From NCBI GenBank assembly GCA_045612485.1, contig JAZKZE010000115.1, positions 3,524-67,523 on the forward strand: a stretch of DNA of 64,000 bases, written 5' to 3'. The number at the start of each line of letters is the position of its first letter. The first letter of the stretch is position 1. Positions 18,076 to 26,509 of the stretch are shown piece by piece. The translations under genes were made by a program, and so were the position numbers. The notes below the pieces were generated by a model. It ran no database searches, had not been told where the DNA came from, and saw only the letters and a program-made list of their open reading frames with translations. Origin of the DNA: Victivallales bacterium. Lineage in GTDB: Bacteria > Verrucomicrobiota > Lentisphaeria > Victivallales > UBA1829.

Positions 18076-18371
18076 ATAAAGGATCATATTTTTCAGGTAT
18101 AAGGAAAGTTTGTAAAGGTGTGCCATATAACCTGTAATTATTTTTCACTGGATTTATTCTTTTTTTTGTTCAATCAGAGAATATATCCGGAAAATCAGAC
18201 AATACAAAAATCTTGAATAATGTTTTTTTTATTGTACTTTATAAAAAGGAACAATCGGTTGTATTCTTTATTTTCCGTTCAGAAAAAGAAAGACAGAAAA
18301 ATAAGAATTACGGACAATAAAAATAAAAATGCTTTTTTGAATATTAACAGATAAAAGAGATGTAAAAAATT

Positions 18372-19550
18372 ATGAAAACATGGAAACATCCCCTTGTACT
18401 TACTGCACTTTTTTGTGCCATGCTGCTTTCAGCTGCCCCGAAAATGCAGGAAAAGCTGATTTTTCCGGAAAAGATCTATGCCGTACCGGGTATTGAAAGC
18501 AATATTTATTATGAAAATATTTTCCATACCCACAATCCTGCCAATTACTCTTTTGAATTTCTGTGTAAAAAAGGGAATAATGGAGAGAAAAGATGGTACT
18601 ATACGCCCAGGAAAGGGGATGAAGGTACTTATGACGTTACTTTGCGTGTCTGGGATGATGATGGCGTGGTAGCGGAAGCAAAAAGCCAATTGATCGTCAC
18701 ACCTGCTGATGCGGGTAAGGATAAAGAATTTTCCCTTATGATCGTAGGGTGCAGCGGCATTGCCATGTATAATGCCTACCCCACCCATGTGTATAATCTT
18801 TTCCGGCAACCCGGAAATCCCAAATTAACGATGGTCGGGGAAACCGGACCGGGGTGGCCCGATAAGATCGGCGAAATCCGGCACGAGGGGTACGGCGGAT
18901 GGAGTTTTCTTACTTTTACCACCAGCGGCCGTATCCGTGGGAAATCACCTAATATGCGGGAAAATCCCTTCTGGAATTTCCAGACGAAAAGTCTGGATTT
19001 TGCGGCATATTTCAAAAAGAATAATGGAGGAAAAGCTCCGGATATCATTACAGTCACTCTTGGCGGAAATGATACATTCAGCGGAAAGGATGATACCATT
19101 GAAAAAATTATTTCCGGTGTGAAACAGAGAGCCGTTACTTTTTTCTCAGCTCTGCGGAAAGCTGCCCCCAATGCAAGGATCGCCATTGTCATGCCCTATT
19201 ATATTGCCGCCTCCCAGGATGCTTTCGGGTACAATTACGGTACTGCCGGGAACAGATGGCAGTTTAAGAAGAATTACAGGGCTTATATGCTGATGATGCT
19301 TGCTCTTGCAAAGGAAAGAAAGGATCTGAAACTGGATGTTGTTCTTACCAGCGGTGCAACGGATAATGAAAATAACGTTACGATCCATAAAATTGCCCCC
19401 AATGCCCGTAATAAGGCAGTGAAGATCAAACGTATCGGCAATGCTCTCCACCCCCTTCCTGCCGGGTATCAGCAGAGTGCGGATGTTTTCTATTGCTGGG
19501 TGAAATATATATATCATCAGCAGAAGGCAGAAAAACTCCCCGGAAAATAA
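18372..19550 (+). CDS. secreted SGNH/GDSL-like hydrolase-fold protein (paralog 1)
   Basis: Signal peptide. Block III LGGNDTF and block V-like GNALHPLPAGY are present, but block I reads IVGCSG instead of GDS. Confidence 0.8.
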   Translation: MKTWKHPLVLTALFCAMLLSAAPKMQEKLIFPEKIYAVPGIESNIYYENIFHTHNPANYSFEFLCKKGNNGEKRWYYTPRKGDEGTYDVTLRVWDDDGVVAEAKSQLIVTPADAGKDKEFSLMIVGCSGIAMYNAYPTHVYNLFRQPGNPKLTMVGETGPGWPDKIGEIRHEGYGGWSFLTFTTSGRIRGKSPNMRENPFWNFQTKSLDFAAYFKKNNGGKAPDIITVTLGGNDTFSGKDDTIEKIISGVKQRAVTFFSALRKAAPNARIAIVMPYYIAASQDAFGYNYGTAGNRWQFKKNYRAYMLMMLALAKERKDLKLDVVLTSGATDNENNVTIHKIAPNARNKAVKIKRIGNALHPLPAGYQQSADVFYCWVKYIYHQQKAEKLPGK

Positions 19551-19606
19551 GGGTTCGGAATAAAAACAATTTATATAAACAATAAACAACTGAAGGAGAA
19601 AAATTC

Positions 19607-20788
19607 ATGAAAACATTGAAACTCACCATGACACTTGCTGCACTTTTCTGTGCGGTGCTGCTTTTTGCAGCACCGAAAATGCAGGATAAACTGATTTTGC
19701 CGGAAAAGATCTACGCAGTACCGGGCATTGAAACCAATATTTACTATGCCAACATTTTCCGTACCATCAATCCTGCCAACTATTCCTTTGAATTCCTGTG
19801 CAAAAAGGGCAATAACGATGCCAAGAGATGGCACTTTACTCCGAAAAAAGGTGAAGAAGGTACTTATGATGTTACCTTGCGTGTCTGGGATGATGATGGT
19901 GTGGTTGCAGAAGCCAAAAGCCAGTTGATCGTTACCCCTGCGGATGCAGGAAAAGATAAAAATCTTTCCATTATGATCGTGGGGTCTTCCTGTATTTCCA
20001 TGTTCCACGCATACCCCACTCATATTTACAATCTCTTTAAAACCCCCGGTAATCCCAAACTTACCATGATCGGTGAAAACGGCCCCGGCTGGCCCGATAA
20101 AATCGGTGAGATCCGTCATGAAGGTTACGGAGGATGGAGTTATCAGACCTTTATCACCAAGGGACGTGTCCGTGGTAAAAGTGCCAATATGAGAGAAAGT
20201 CCCTTCTGGAATTTCAAGACAAAAAGTCTGGATTTTGCTGAATATTTCAAGAAAAATACCAATGGCAAAGCTCCTGATCTTGTGACGGTTTCCCTTGGCG
20301 GAAATGATATGTTCCGCGCTCAGGATGCCACCATGAAAGAACACGTTGCCGGTGTGAGAAAGAATATGATCACATTCTTTACCGCCCTGCGTAAAGCAGC
20401 TCCCGATGCGAAAGTTGCCATCGTTCTTATTGATTATGCTGCCACCTCCCAGGATGCCTTCGGTTACAACTACGGCAGCACCCAGACCAGATGGCAGTTC
20501 AAGAAAAATTATGCCGCCTTTATCAAAATGGTACAGGCTCTGGTGAAAGAAAAACCTGAACTCAAACTGGAACTGGTGCTTCTTAATGGTGCCGTGGATA
20601 ATGAAAACAATGGTCACATCTACAGAATGAATGCCAATGCCAGAAATAAAGCAACGAAAGTTCTTTTCCAGGCAAATGCCCTGCATCCCAAGCCCCATGG
20701 TTATCAGCAGGGTGCAGATGCCTTCTACTGCTGGATGAAGTATATGCTTCACAGAGATGAACAGGCAGCAAAAGCTGTAAAGAAATGA
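19607..20788 (+). CDS. secreted SGNH/GDSL-like hydrolase-fold protein (paralog 2)
   Basis: Very similar to the previous gene, with long identical stretches such as TYDVTLRVWDDDGVVAEAKSQLIVTPADAGKDK. Contains LGGNDMF, ANALHPKPHGY, and IVGSSC at block I. Confidence 0.8.
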   Translation: MKTLKLTMTLAALFCAVLLFAAPKMQDKLILPEKIYAVPGIETNIYYANIFRTINPANYSFEFLCKKGNNDAKRWHFTPKKGEEGTYDVTLRVWDDDGVVAEAKSQLIVTPADAGKDKNLSIMIVGSSCISMFHAYPTHIYNLFKTPGNPKLTMIGENGPGWPDKIGEIRHEGYGGWSYQTFITKGRVRGKSANMRESPFWNFKTKSLDFAEYFKKNTNGKAPDLVTVSLGGNDMFRAQDATMKEHVAGVRKNMITFFTALRKAAPDAKVAIVLIDYAATSQDAFGYNYGSTQTRWQFKKNYAAFIKMVQALVKEKPELKLELVLLNGAVDNENNGHIYRMNANARNKATKVLFQANALHPKPHGYQQGADAFYCWMKYMLHRDEQAAKAVKK

Positions 20789-20827
20789 GAAATACACAGT
20801 TTCCGGAAATCTTCATGGTTTCCGGAA

Positions 20828-20963
20828 ACGTCGCATAATATACATTATGTGACAGAGAAAGGCTTTTTTTCCGTTGCAAAATAAAAAAAAAGCAGATATG
20901 TGAAGTATAAAACAGATTTAATAGAAATTCAAAGGAGGTAACATAATGTATATTATGCGACGT
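20828..20963. promoter_or_regulatory. perfect 23-bp inverted repeat flanking a 90-bp spacer that holds the SD; the right arm covers the start codons
   Basis: The left arm 20828-20850 (ACGTCGCATAATATACATTATGT) is the exact reverse complement of 20941-20963. GGAGG sits at 20934-20938, and the candidate ATGs at 20946 and 20955 lie inside the right arm. Confidence 0.9.
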
Positions 20964-21728
20964 CAAAAATTTACACTTATTGAATTGTTGGTTGTCATAG
21001 CTATTATTGCCATCCTTGCCGGGATGCTTCTTCCGGCATTGACCAAAGCAAGATCCAAAGCATTTTCCACCGCCTGTAAAAATCAGTTGAAGCAGTGCGG
21101 GCTTTATATGCATATGTATGCGAATGATTTTAAAGGCTGGGTTCCGGCTAATGCCCGTGGCTACGACTACGAAACCGGATATCTGGACACTCTTGCCCCC
21201 TATATCGGGTGGACTCCGGATACTATTAAGAAATCTTCTATGACAGGGAATAATGAAAGGGCAATCAGTATTCTCTCCAAATTCAAAACTTTTTCCTGTC
21301 CCACCATGCCGCTGCCCAAATATCTCATTTCCTATGCTGAGCTGCAGCATTATACTTACGGGGTGTTTTCCTGTCCCCGTACAGCAAGTTATTCTTACTA
21401 CGAACTGAAATGGCCTGAGGTAAACAGTAAAGCACATTGGAAGATCGAACTTATGAAGATCAATAATACACCTCCCCATATGGCAGATACTATTTCCCAT
21501 GTTAAATCTTATGAAAGAGAGGGCGCGACGGTGGCAGGCATATTCCAGGCGCCTTCTTTTCAGGTCAATAGCCAGGGCGATGTCGGGTATATCGGGATGC
21601 GCCATGACGGGGAAGCCAATACCCTGCGTATCGATATGGCTGTAAAAAGTTACAAAGGAAGACAGATTTTTACGGCTCCGCGTGTTTTGCGTTACAGATC
21701 CGGTAACGGTACGATTATTGATAAATGA
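20946..21728 (+). CDS. prepilin-type N-terminal cleavage/methylation domain protein (DUF1559-like pseudopilin-like protein)
   Basis: N-terminus [35 protein letters not shown], with a C-terminal degenerate H-x9-DG-like block ([17 protein letters not shown]). Confidence 0.85.
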   Translation: MYIMRRQKFTLIELLVVIAIIAILAGMLLPALTKARSKAFSTACKNQLKQCGLYMHMYANDFKGWVPANARGYDYETGYLDTLAPYIGWTPDTIKKSSMTGNNERAISILSKFKTFSCPTMPLPKYLISYAELQHYTYGVFSCPRTASYSYYELKWPEVNSKAHWKIELMKINNTPPHMADTISHVKSYEREGATVAGIFQAPSFQVNSQGDVGYIGMRHDGEANTLRIDMAVKSYKGRQIFTAPRVLRYRSGNGTIIDK

Positions 21729-21775
21729 TCGATTTTCTTACTCATAAATACAAGATTTTTAATTAAGGAAAAAAG

Positions 21776-24700
21776 ATGAAAAAAAGTTTGTATAGTTACT
21801 TTGCTCTTGCAGCAGCCTTTTTTGCGGGCTTTTCTGCTGTCGCGGCAGAAAAGGGCAATCTTGTGGCAGATCCCGCTTCTGCTGTCAAAAATACATGGAA
21901 AAAATATCCTGTTGCAGGTAAAGATTTCTGGATGCTCCTTGACCCCAGATGGCTGGAACTCAAGGGCGTTTCCCATGAAGAATTTGTACAGAAGTCCGGA
22001 ACAGGATTCGTCCAACAGACTGTCTCCGGAGAAAATGTGACAAATCTGCGTGTTCTTACCATCGGGGAAATCACCTCCTATGATGCAAGAAACAGAAGAA
22101 GAAAAGCAACCATAGAGGTCATTCCCGAAGAAAAGGATATGCTGGTGACCGATCCCCAGTACCTCAATGACGGAAGTGTCAGAAATTACTGTGTTTTTTC
22201 CGGTAATGTTCTGGATATGACAAGACGCTATGCCATTCATAAAAACACACTGAAATTCAAAAGTGATTTCGCCATTGCACGCCTTGCCATCAATCATGGT
22301 GTCGGCAAAGACAACCGTATCAGCAAACTTTTGTGCAACGGTAAAGAAGTACAGATCCCTGCTGATAAAAATACTTTTGATGTGAAGATCACTCCGGCAG
22401 CAAAGGAATTTGAACTTACTGTCTATTCCTCCCCCCTGAAATATCAGGCAAAGGAATTGAATGTGCCTTATGAAGAAAGATTGAAAAAGGCTCCCTTCTG
22501 GCTGACCAATATGTTCCGTGCCAATTACGGTAACATTTTCGGAACCGATGTCTGCAATTTCGATCAGGAAAGTTTTGCTTCTGTCAGAAAAAAATACGGG
22601 GAAAACTTTATCGGCTACTGGCTGCCGGAATGGGATCACAACTATATCCTTGCTGTATCCCGCCCCAATCTTCCCTATTACAAAACCATTCAGAACTTTA
22701 TCAAAGTACCCTGCAATAAAGAGGATTTTGTTAAAGGCGTCCTGAAATTCTGCTGGGATTCCCATAAACCGCTTTTCGGCAAAGATCTTCTGGGTATGAG
22801 CGGTCAGGTGCTTTTCATGCATCACGCCTGTGACTGGGGAAGCACCGTTTCCGGTCTGGAAATCACCCAGGAAAAAACCGAACTTGCCGGAAGGATCTCT
22901 TTTATGTTTACCAGAGGTGCTTCCAGACAGTTTGATAAACCCATGTATATTTATCAGGCATACTATGGCGGTTCCCAGTCTCCCAGCAGTACTTTGCGCG
23001 GTTACAACAGAAGAATAGACTGGGGAGTGGCTCCCTCCCTCACCATGCGTAACTTCATGGCAAGTTACTATATGGGTAACAACTATCTTGACTTTGAAGC
23101 ACAGCCCTACGGGATGGTTCTTCAGGAAAAAAATGGAAATCATACTCTTACCGGCAACGGTAAAGTCATGAAAGAATTTTATGAGTGGACTGCCTCCGAC
23201 AAAGGAAAACGCGGGGAAAGTTATACCCCCATCCTTCTCCTTGCCGACAGAAAACACGGCTATGATATGTGGTACAGAATTGCTCCCAGAGGCTGGGACA
23301 ATTTCTATAACATCTATCCTCTGACTGATGCCAATTTCTTTATGGAATATGTGATGCAGGTCATCAGCCCCCGCTATGATTACAACAAGTTTGACAACCC
23401 CAAATACAGCCCAAATCTGCACAACTCCACAGTAGGGGATATTTTTGACCTCTATCTTGCCAACCCCCTTGTAAACGGGGAAGTGCGTCTGGATCAGTTG
23501 AAAAAATATCCGGTGGTAGCCCTTGTTGATAACATCACCTATACAGAAAAACTTGCCAATACCCTGAAACAGTATGTTGCAGAGGGGGGAACTCTTCTTC
23601 TTACCACCGGGCAGACCGCTCCCTTTGAAGAAGATAAAGATTTCCTCGGCGTGACTATCGGAAAAGATACAAAGAAGGAAGACGGACTTTTTGTCAATCC
23701 TCTCACCCTTCTTCCCGGTACGGAAACTGTTATGGCAACAAGCAGAAAGACTCCCCTTGCCACAAAGAAAAAATACGGCAATGGTCATGTGATCCTGCTT
23801 GCCTCCCCCTACATGAAGAAAACTGGTGACTTGACAAAAGTGCCCCAGCAGCTTGTAAAACTTTTTGAAAAGATCCAGAGCGAACTTCTGCCGGTAAAAG
23901 TGGAAGGCGATTGCCAGTACCTTTTCAATATCATGCCTGACGGTACATGGAAAGTTATCCTTATCAATAACAGGGGTATTGTGAAACTTCCCACAGAATC
24001 CTTTGAAAAGCATTTCAAGGAATATACCGCCAAAGTCACCCTTACCGTTCCTGCCGGAGTCACCATAAAGGAATTGCGTAAAAATACCGTTCCTGTTGTG
24101 AAAAAGGGTAAAGAATTCGATCAATATACTTTCAATATCGCTCCTGCTGATATTTATGTAGTGGATATGAAAGGGATCAAATTCGGTAAGACCGTCAAAA
24201 AAGGTCCTGCAAAATTCAACAGAGTGAAGAATTATAAATTCCAGCCCTATACCCCCAAAAAGGTCAATGACGGTTATAAACCCCGTCCTGCCGCAACTCT
24301 CGCCGCCATGGGAAAAAATATGGTTGCCGCTCCTGCTGTTGTTGCCTCATGGAAAGGGGAAGGGATGAAAGAGGTCACCGGTAAAGGGTATGAATTGAAA
24401 TTCCACAATGTGGAAGTAAAAGACGGCATTGCCAGATACAATACCAAACGTTCCTGGGCTACTTTGAACGTTCAGCTCAAACATTCTCTGCCGGCAGTAA
24501 GCTATGAGCTTGTTGTCAAACCTGCTCCCATTGAACAATGGAAGAACGTTTACGGCAGACATGTGAGAGGCGGAGTTCTTTATCCCCACCGCAACCTTAT
24601 GCTGGAATATTATCACGGCAGATGGACACTTCTTCTCTTTGAAAGGCTCATCTATGACCGTGTGATGGGCCCGAAAGCCGCTGCGGAGTGGACACACCTC

Positions 24701-24958
24701 TGTGTAACATTGGAAAAAAACATTGCCAGACTGTTTGTCAATGGCAAAGAGGTGAAACGTGCCGCCGGCCCGATCAAGTCCATAAATGAATTCAGGCCAA
24801 AAACTCCTGTAAGCAAGCTCGGACTCAATCTTGGTTCTCTTGCCCATACCTGGCCCATTCCCTATTCTTTCCAGGGGGAAATCAAAGAGTTTACCATTCA
24901 TGGTAAAGCACTTTCTCCGGAAGAGGTCGCACAGAGAGCTGCGACGGTAAAGAAATAA
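21776..24958 (+). CDS. large secreted protein with a C-terminal LamG/concanavalin-like domain
   Basis: 1060 aa with a signal peptide (AAAFFAGFSAVAAE). The C-terminal ~200 aa end in the LamG-type signature FQGEIKEFTIHGKALSPEEV. The N-terminal ~800 aa are unassigned. Confidence 0.8.
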   Translation: MKKSLYSYFALAAAFFAGFSAVAAEKGNLVADPASAVKNTWKKYPVAGKDFWMLLDPRWLELKGVSHEEFVQKSGTGFVQQTVSGENVTNLRVLTIGEITSYDARNRRRKATIEVIPEEKDMLVTDPQYLNDGSVRNYCVFSGNVLDMTRRYAIHKNTLKFKSDFAIARLAINHGVGKDNRISKLLCNGKEVQIPADKNTFDVKITPAAKEFELTVYSSPLKYQAKELNVPYEERLKKAPFWLTNMFRANYGNIFGTDVCNFDQESFASVRKKYGENFIGYWLPEWDHNYILAVSRPNLPYYKTIQNFIKVPCNKEDFVKGVLKFCWDSHKPLFGKDLLGMSGQVLFMHHACDWGSTVSGLEITQEKTELAGRISFMFTRGASRQFDKPMYIYQAYYGGSQSPSSTLRGYNRRIDWGVAPSLTMRNFMASYYMGNNYLDFEAQPYGMVLQEKNGNHTLTGNGKVMKEFYEWTASDKGKRGESYTPILLLADRKHGYDMWYRIAPRGWDNFYNIYPLTDANFFMEYVMQVISPRYDYNKFDNPKYSPNLHNSTVGDIFDLYLANPLVNGEVRLDQLKKYPVVALVDNITYTEKLANTLKQYVAEGGTLLLTTGQTAPFEEDKDFLGVTIGKDTKKEDGLFVNPLTLLPGTETVMATSRKTPLATKKKYGNGHVILLASPYMKKTGDLTKVPQQLVKLFEKIQSELLPVKVEGDCQYLFNIMPDGTWKVILINNRGIVKLPTESFEKHFKEYTAKVTLTVPAGVTIKELRKNTVPVVKKGKEFDQYTFNIAPADIYVVDMKGIKFGKTVKKGPAKFNRVKNYKFQPYTPKKVNDGYKPRPAATLAAMGKNMVAAPAVVASWKGEGMKEVTGKGYELKFHNVEVKDGIARYNTKRSWATLNVQLKHSLPAVSYELVVKPAPIEQWKNVYGRHVRGGVLYPHRNLMLEYYHGRWTLLLFERLIYDRVMGPKAAAEWTHLCVTLEKNIARLFVNGKEVKRAAGPIKSINEFRPKTPVSKLGLNLGSLAHTWPIPYSFQGEIKEFTIHGKALSPEEVAQRAATVKK

Positions 24959-24981
24959 TATCCGTTTGAAATAAACTTCCG

Positions 24982-25021
24982 GGGCTGCTGCAATATTTCT
25001 TACGGCAGCCCTGTTTCTTTT
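24982..25021 (+). terminator. probable rho-independent terminator
   Basis: GGGCTGC pairs with GCAGCCC (16-nt loop), followed by TGTTTCTTTTT. Confidence 0.5.
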
Positions 25022-25103
25022 TAAATGGGAAACATCAGTAATACTTTATAAAGTCCTGATACTGTTTATGATACCACCACCGTATTTTCTTTAATCCCAT
25101 GAT

Positions 25104-25145
25104 AAAAAAGAACCATTGCCGCCCTGTTGGGAACGGCAATGGTTC
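25104..25145 (-). terminator. rho-independent terminator (minus strand)
   Basis: GAACCATTGCCG pairs with CGGCAATGGTTC (12-bp stem), followed on the minus strand by T6. Confidence 0.75.
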
Positions 25146-25166
25146 TGTATTTATATGGAAAGAAGA

Positions 25167-26396
25167 TTATTCGATCTCAAAGGTGAATTCGTTGCGTGCA
25201 TCTGTCTTCCATGCAAGATGTCTTGTGGAAGGGGAGCTGTAAAAGAGGGGGGAGAATGTGGTAGCCTTGACCGTTTTTCTGTCCGGCATGAATTCCAGCA
25301 GCCGCAACCAGCCGTCGCCGCCGTTGCCGCTGAATCCGCCGCCGATGGCCTGGGTATTGAAAACCAGCTGGGCGACCGTTTTACCGGAATCATTTTTATC
25401 TGTGGAAAAGCCCACACTTGCTTCCCAGTTATTGGTTTTGCAGACATGACCGCAAACCACAAGGCGGATGTTTTTTGCAGGTTTCACAAGTTTCTGGAAG
25501 ATGGCTTCTCCGGCATTGCCGCCTTTCTTTGATGCCGGATCTTTTTTGGAAATGGCATAATTTTCTTTCAGGATGCGTTTGCCGTTGGCATACATATAAG
25601 AGTGGGTGAGAACGATCCCGATATGATTTTCAAAACAGGGGAGATCTGCTATTTTCTTTGCCCATGCCAGATCGCTGTCTGTGGGGGCAAACTGCAAAGT
25701 GATGACCAGAAATTTCCGGTTGTCAGGATGGGGGGCGGTAAATTCATAAGCGGAATTTTCCAATGTTTTCATCCCGAAAGCATTGGAGTTGCATTCAAAA
25801 AGCTGACGCCTTGTCAGAGGATTGCGGGAGGTGGGGAAATAGGTGGAAAAATGAGTCCTCCTGTTTTCTGAACTGTGTATGCCGTAATCGTGATTGCCGG
25901 TACAGAGAATATAGGGTACTTCCCCGTCCAGGCGTTTCAGAATACGGGAAACTGCCTGCCATTGTTCATCTGCCACAAGGTCGGTTTTTCTGCCGCTTTT
26001 CAGGTAGAAATCGCGCTTGGCAACTCTTCCGGTATCATTGAAATATACAAGGTCTCCGGTAAAAAGCACCTGTTGTATTTTCATTTCATCCCTGCGGCGG
26101 ACGATCCAGGCAAGCATCATATCCAGAATACCCTGATTTTCGATCTGTTTGATATAGGTCTGGATATCCGGAACAACGACCATCGACCAGGACTGTGGAT
26201 CAGTCAGTGCCGGAGCCCCTCTCTGGGCAGCAGGAACACTTTTTGCGGCAGGTGCTGCGGGTGTTTTTGTTTCTGTTTTGGTTTGTTGTACATTTATTTC
26301 TGTTTTTCCTGCGGGAGCTTTTGTTTCTGTTTTTGCCTGGGCATAAATTGTTACTGCCGCAAGGAGAAGGACTGCGGGAAGAATGAGCTTTTTCAT
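25167..26396 (-). CDS. secreted calcineurin-like metallophosphoesterase
   Basis: Signal peptide, a KTETK-rich linker, then MPE motifs VVVPDIQ, FTGDLV, CTGNHD, VLTHS and VVCGHV. Confidence 0.85.
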   Translation of the reverse strand: MKKLILPAVLLLAAVTIYAQAKTETKAPAGKTEINVQQTKTETKTPAAPAAKSVPAAQRGAPALTDPQSWSMVVVPDIQTYIKQIENQGILDMMLAWIVRRRDEMKIQQVLFTGDLVYFNDTGRVAKRDFYLKSGRKTDLVADEQWQAVSRILKRLDGEVPYILCTGNHDYGIHSSENRRTHFSTYFPTSRNPLTRRQLFECNSNAFGMKTLENSAYEFTAPHPDNRKFLVITLQFAPTDSDLAWAKKIADLPCFENHIGIVLTHSYMYANGKRILKENYAISKKDPASKKGGNAGEAIFQKLVKPAKNIRLVVCGHVCKTNNWEASVGFSTDKNDSGKTVAQLVFNTQAIGGGFSGNGGDGWLRLLEFMPDRKTVKATTFSPLFYSSPSTRHLAWKTDARNEFTFEIE

Positions 26397-26509
26397 AAAG
26401 CAACTCCGTTTTTCTGTTTATTTTGTAATGGGACGATAAAACAATATACGGAAAAATGTACTATGGATATAAAGATTTGTCAAGCGGTAAAAGGCTTCTA
26501 TACCGGTTT

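Noticed and set aside
17866-18126. An 86-aa minus-strand ORF in the priA/SGNH intergenic region.
   Set aside because: It has AT-rich, Tyr/Leu/Lys-biased composition and no SD. It overlaps a consensus plus-strand promoter and is most likely non-coding.
21692-24124. Very long antisense ORFs opposite almost every real gene. Examples: 108-1592, 11738-13165, 13562-14974, 19571-20797, 21692-24124 (810 aa), 31649-32881, 36169-37215, 39963-42098 (711 aa), 45724-46656, 56863-57828.
   Set aside because: Their translations are low-complexity and His/Gly/Phe/Ile/Cys-rich, lack SDs and match no family. The opposite strand encodes clearly recognisable proteins. They are shadow ORFs, caused by the sense strands rarely using codons whose complements are stops (TTA, CTA, TCA).
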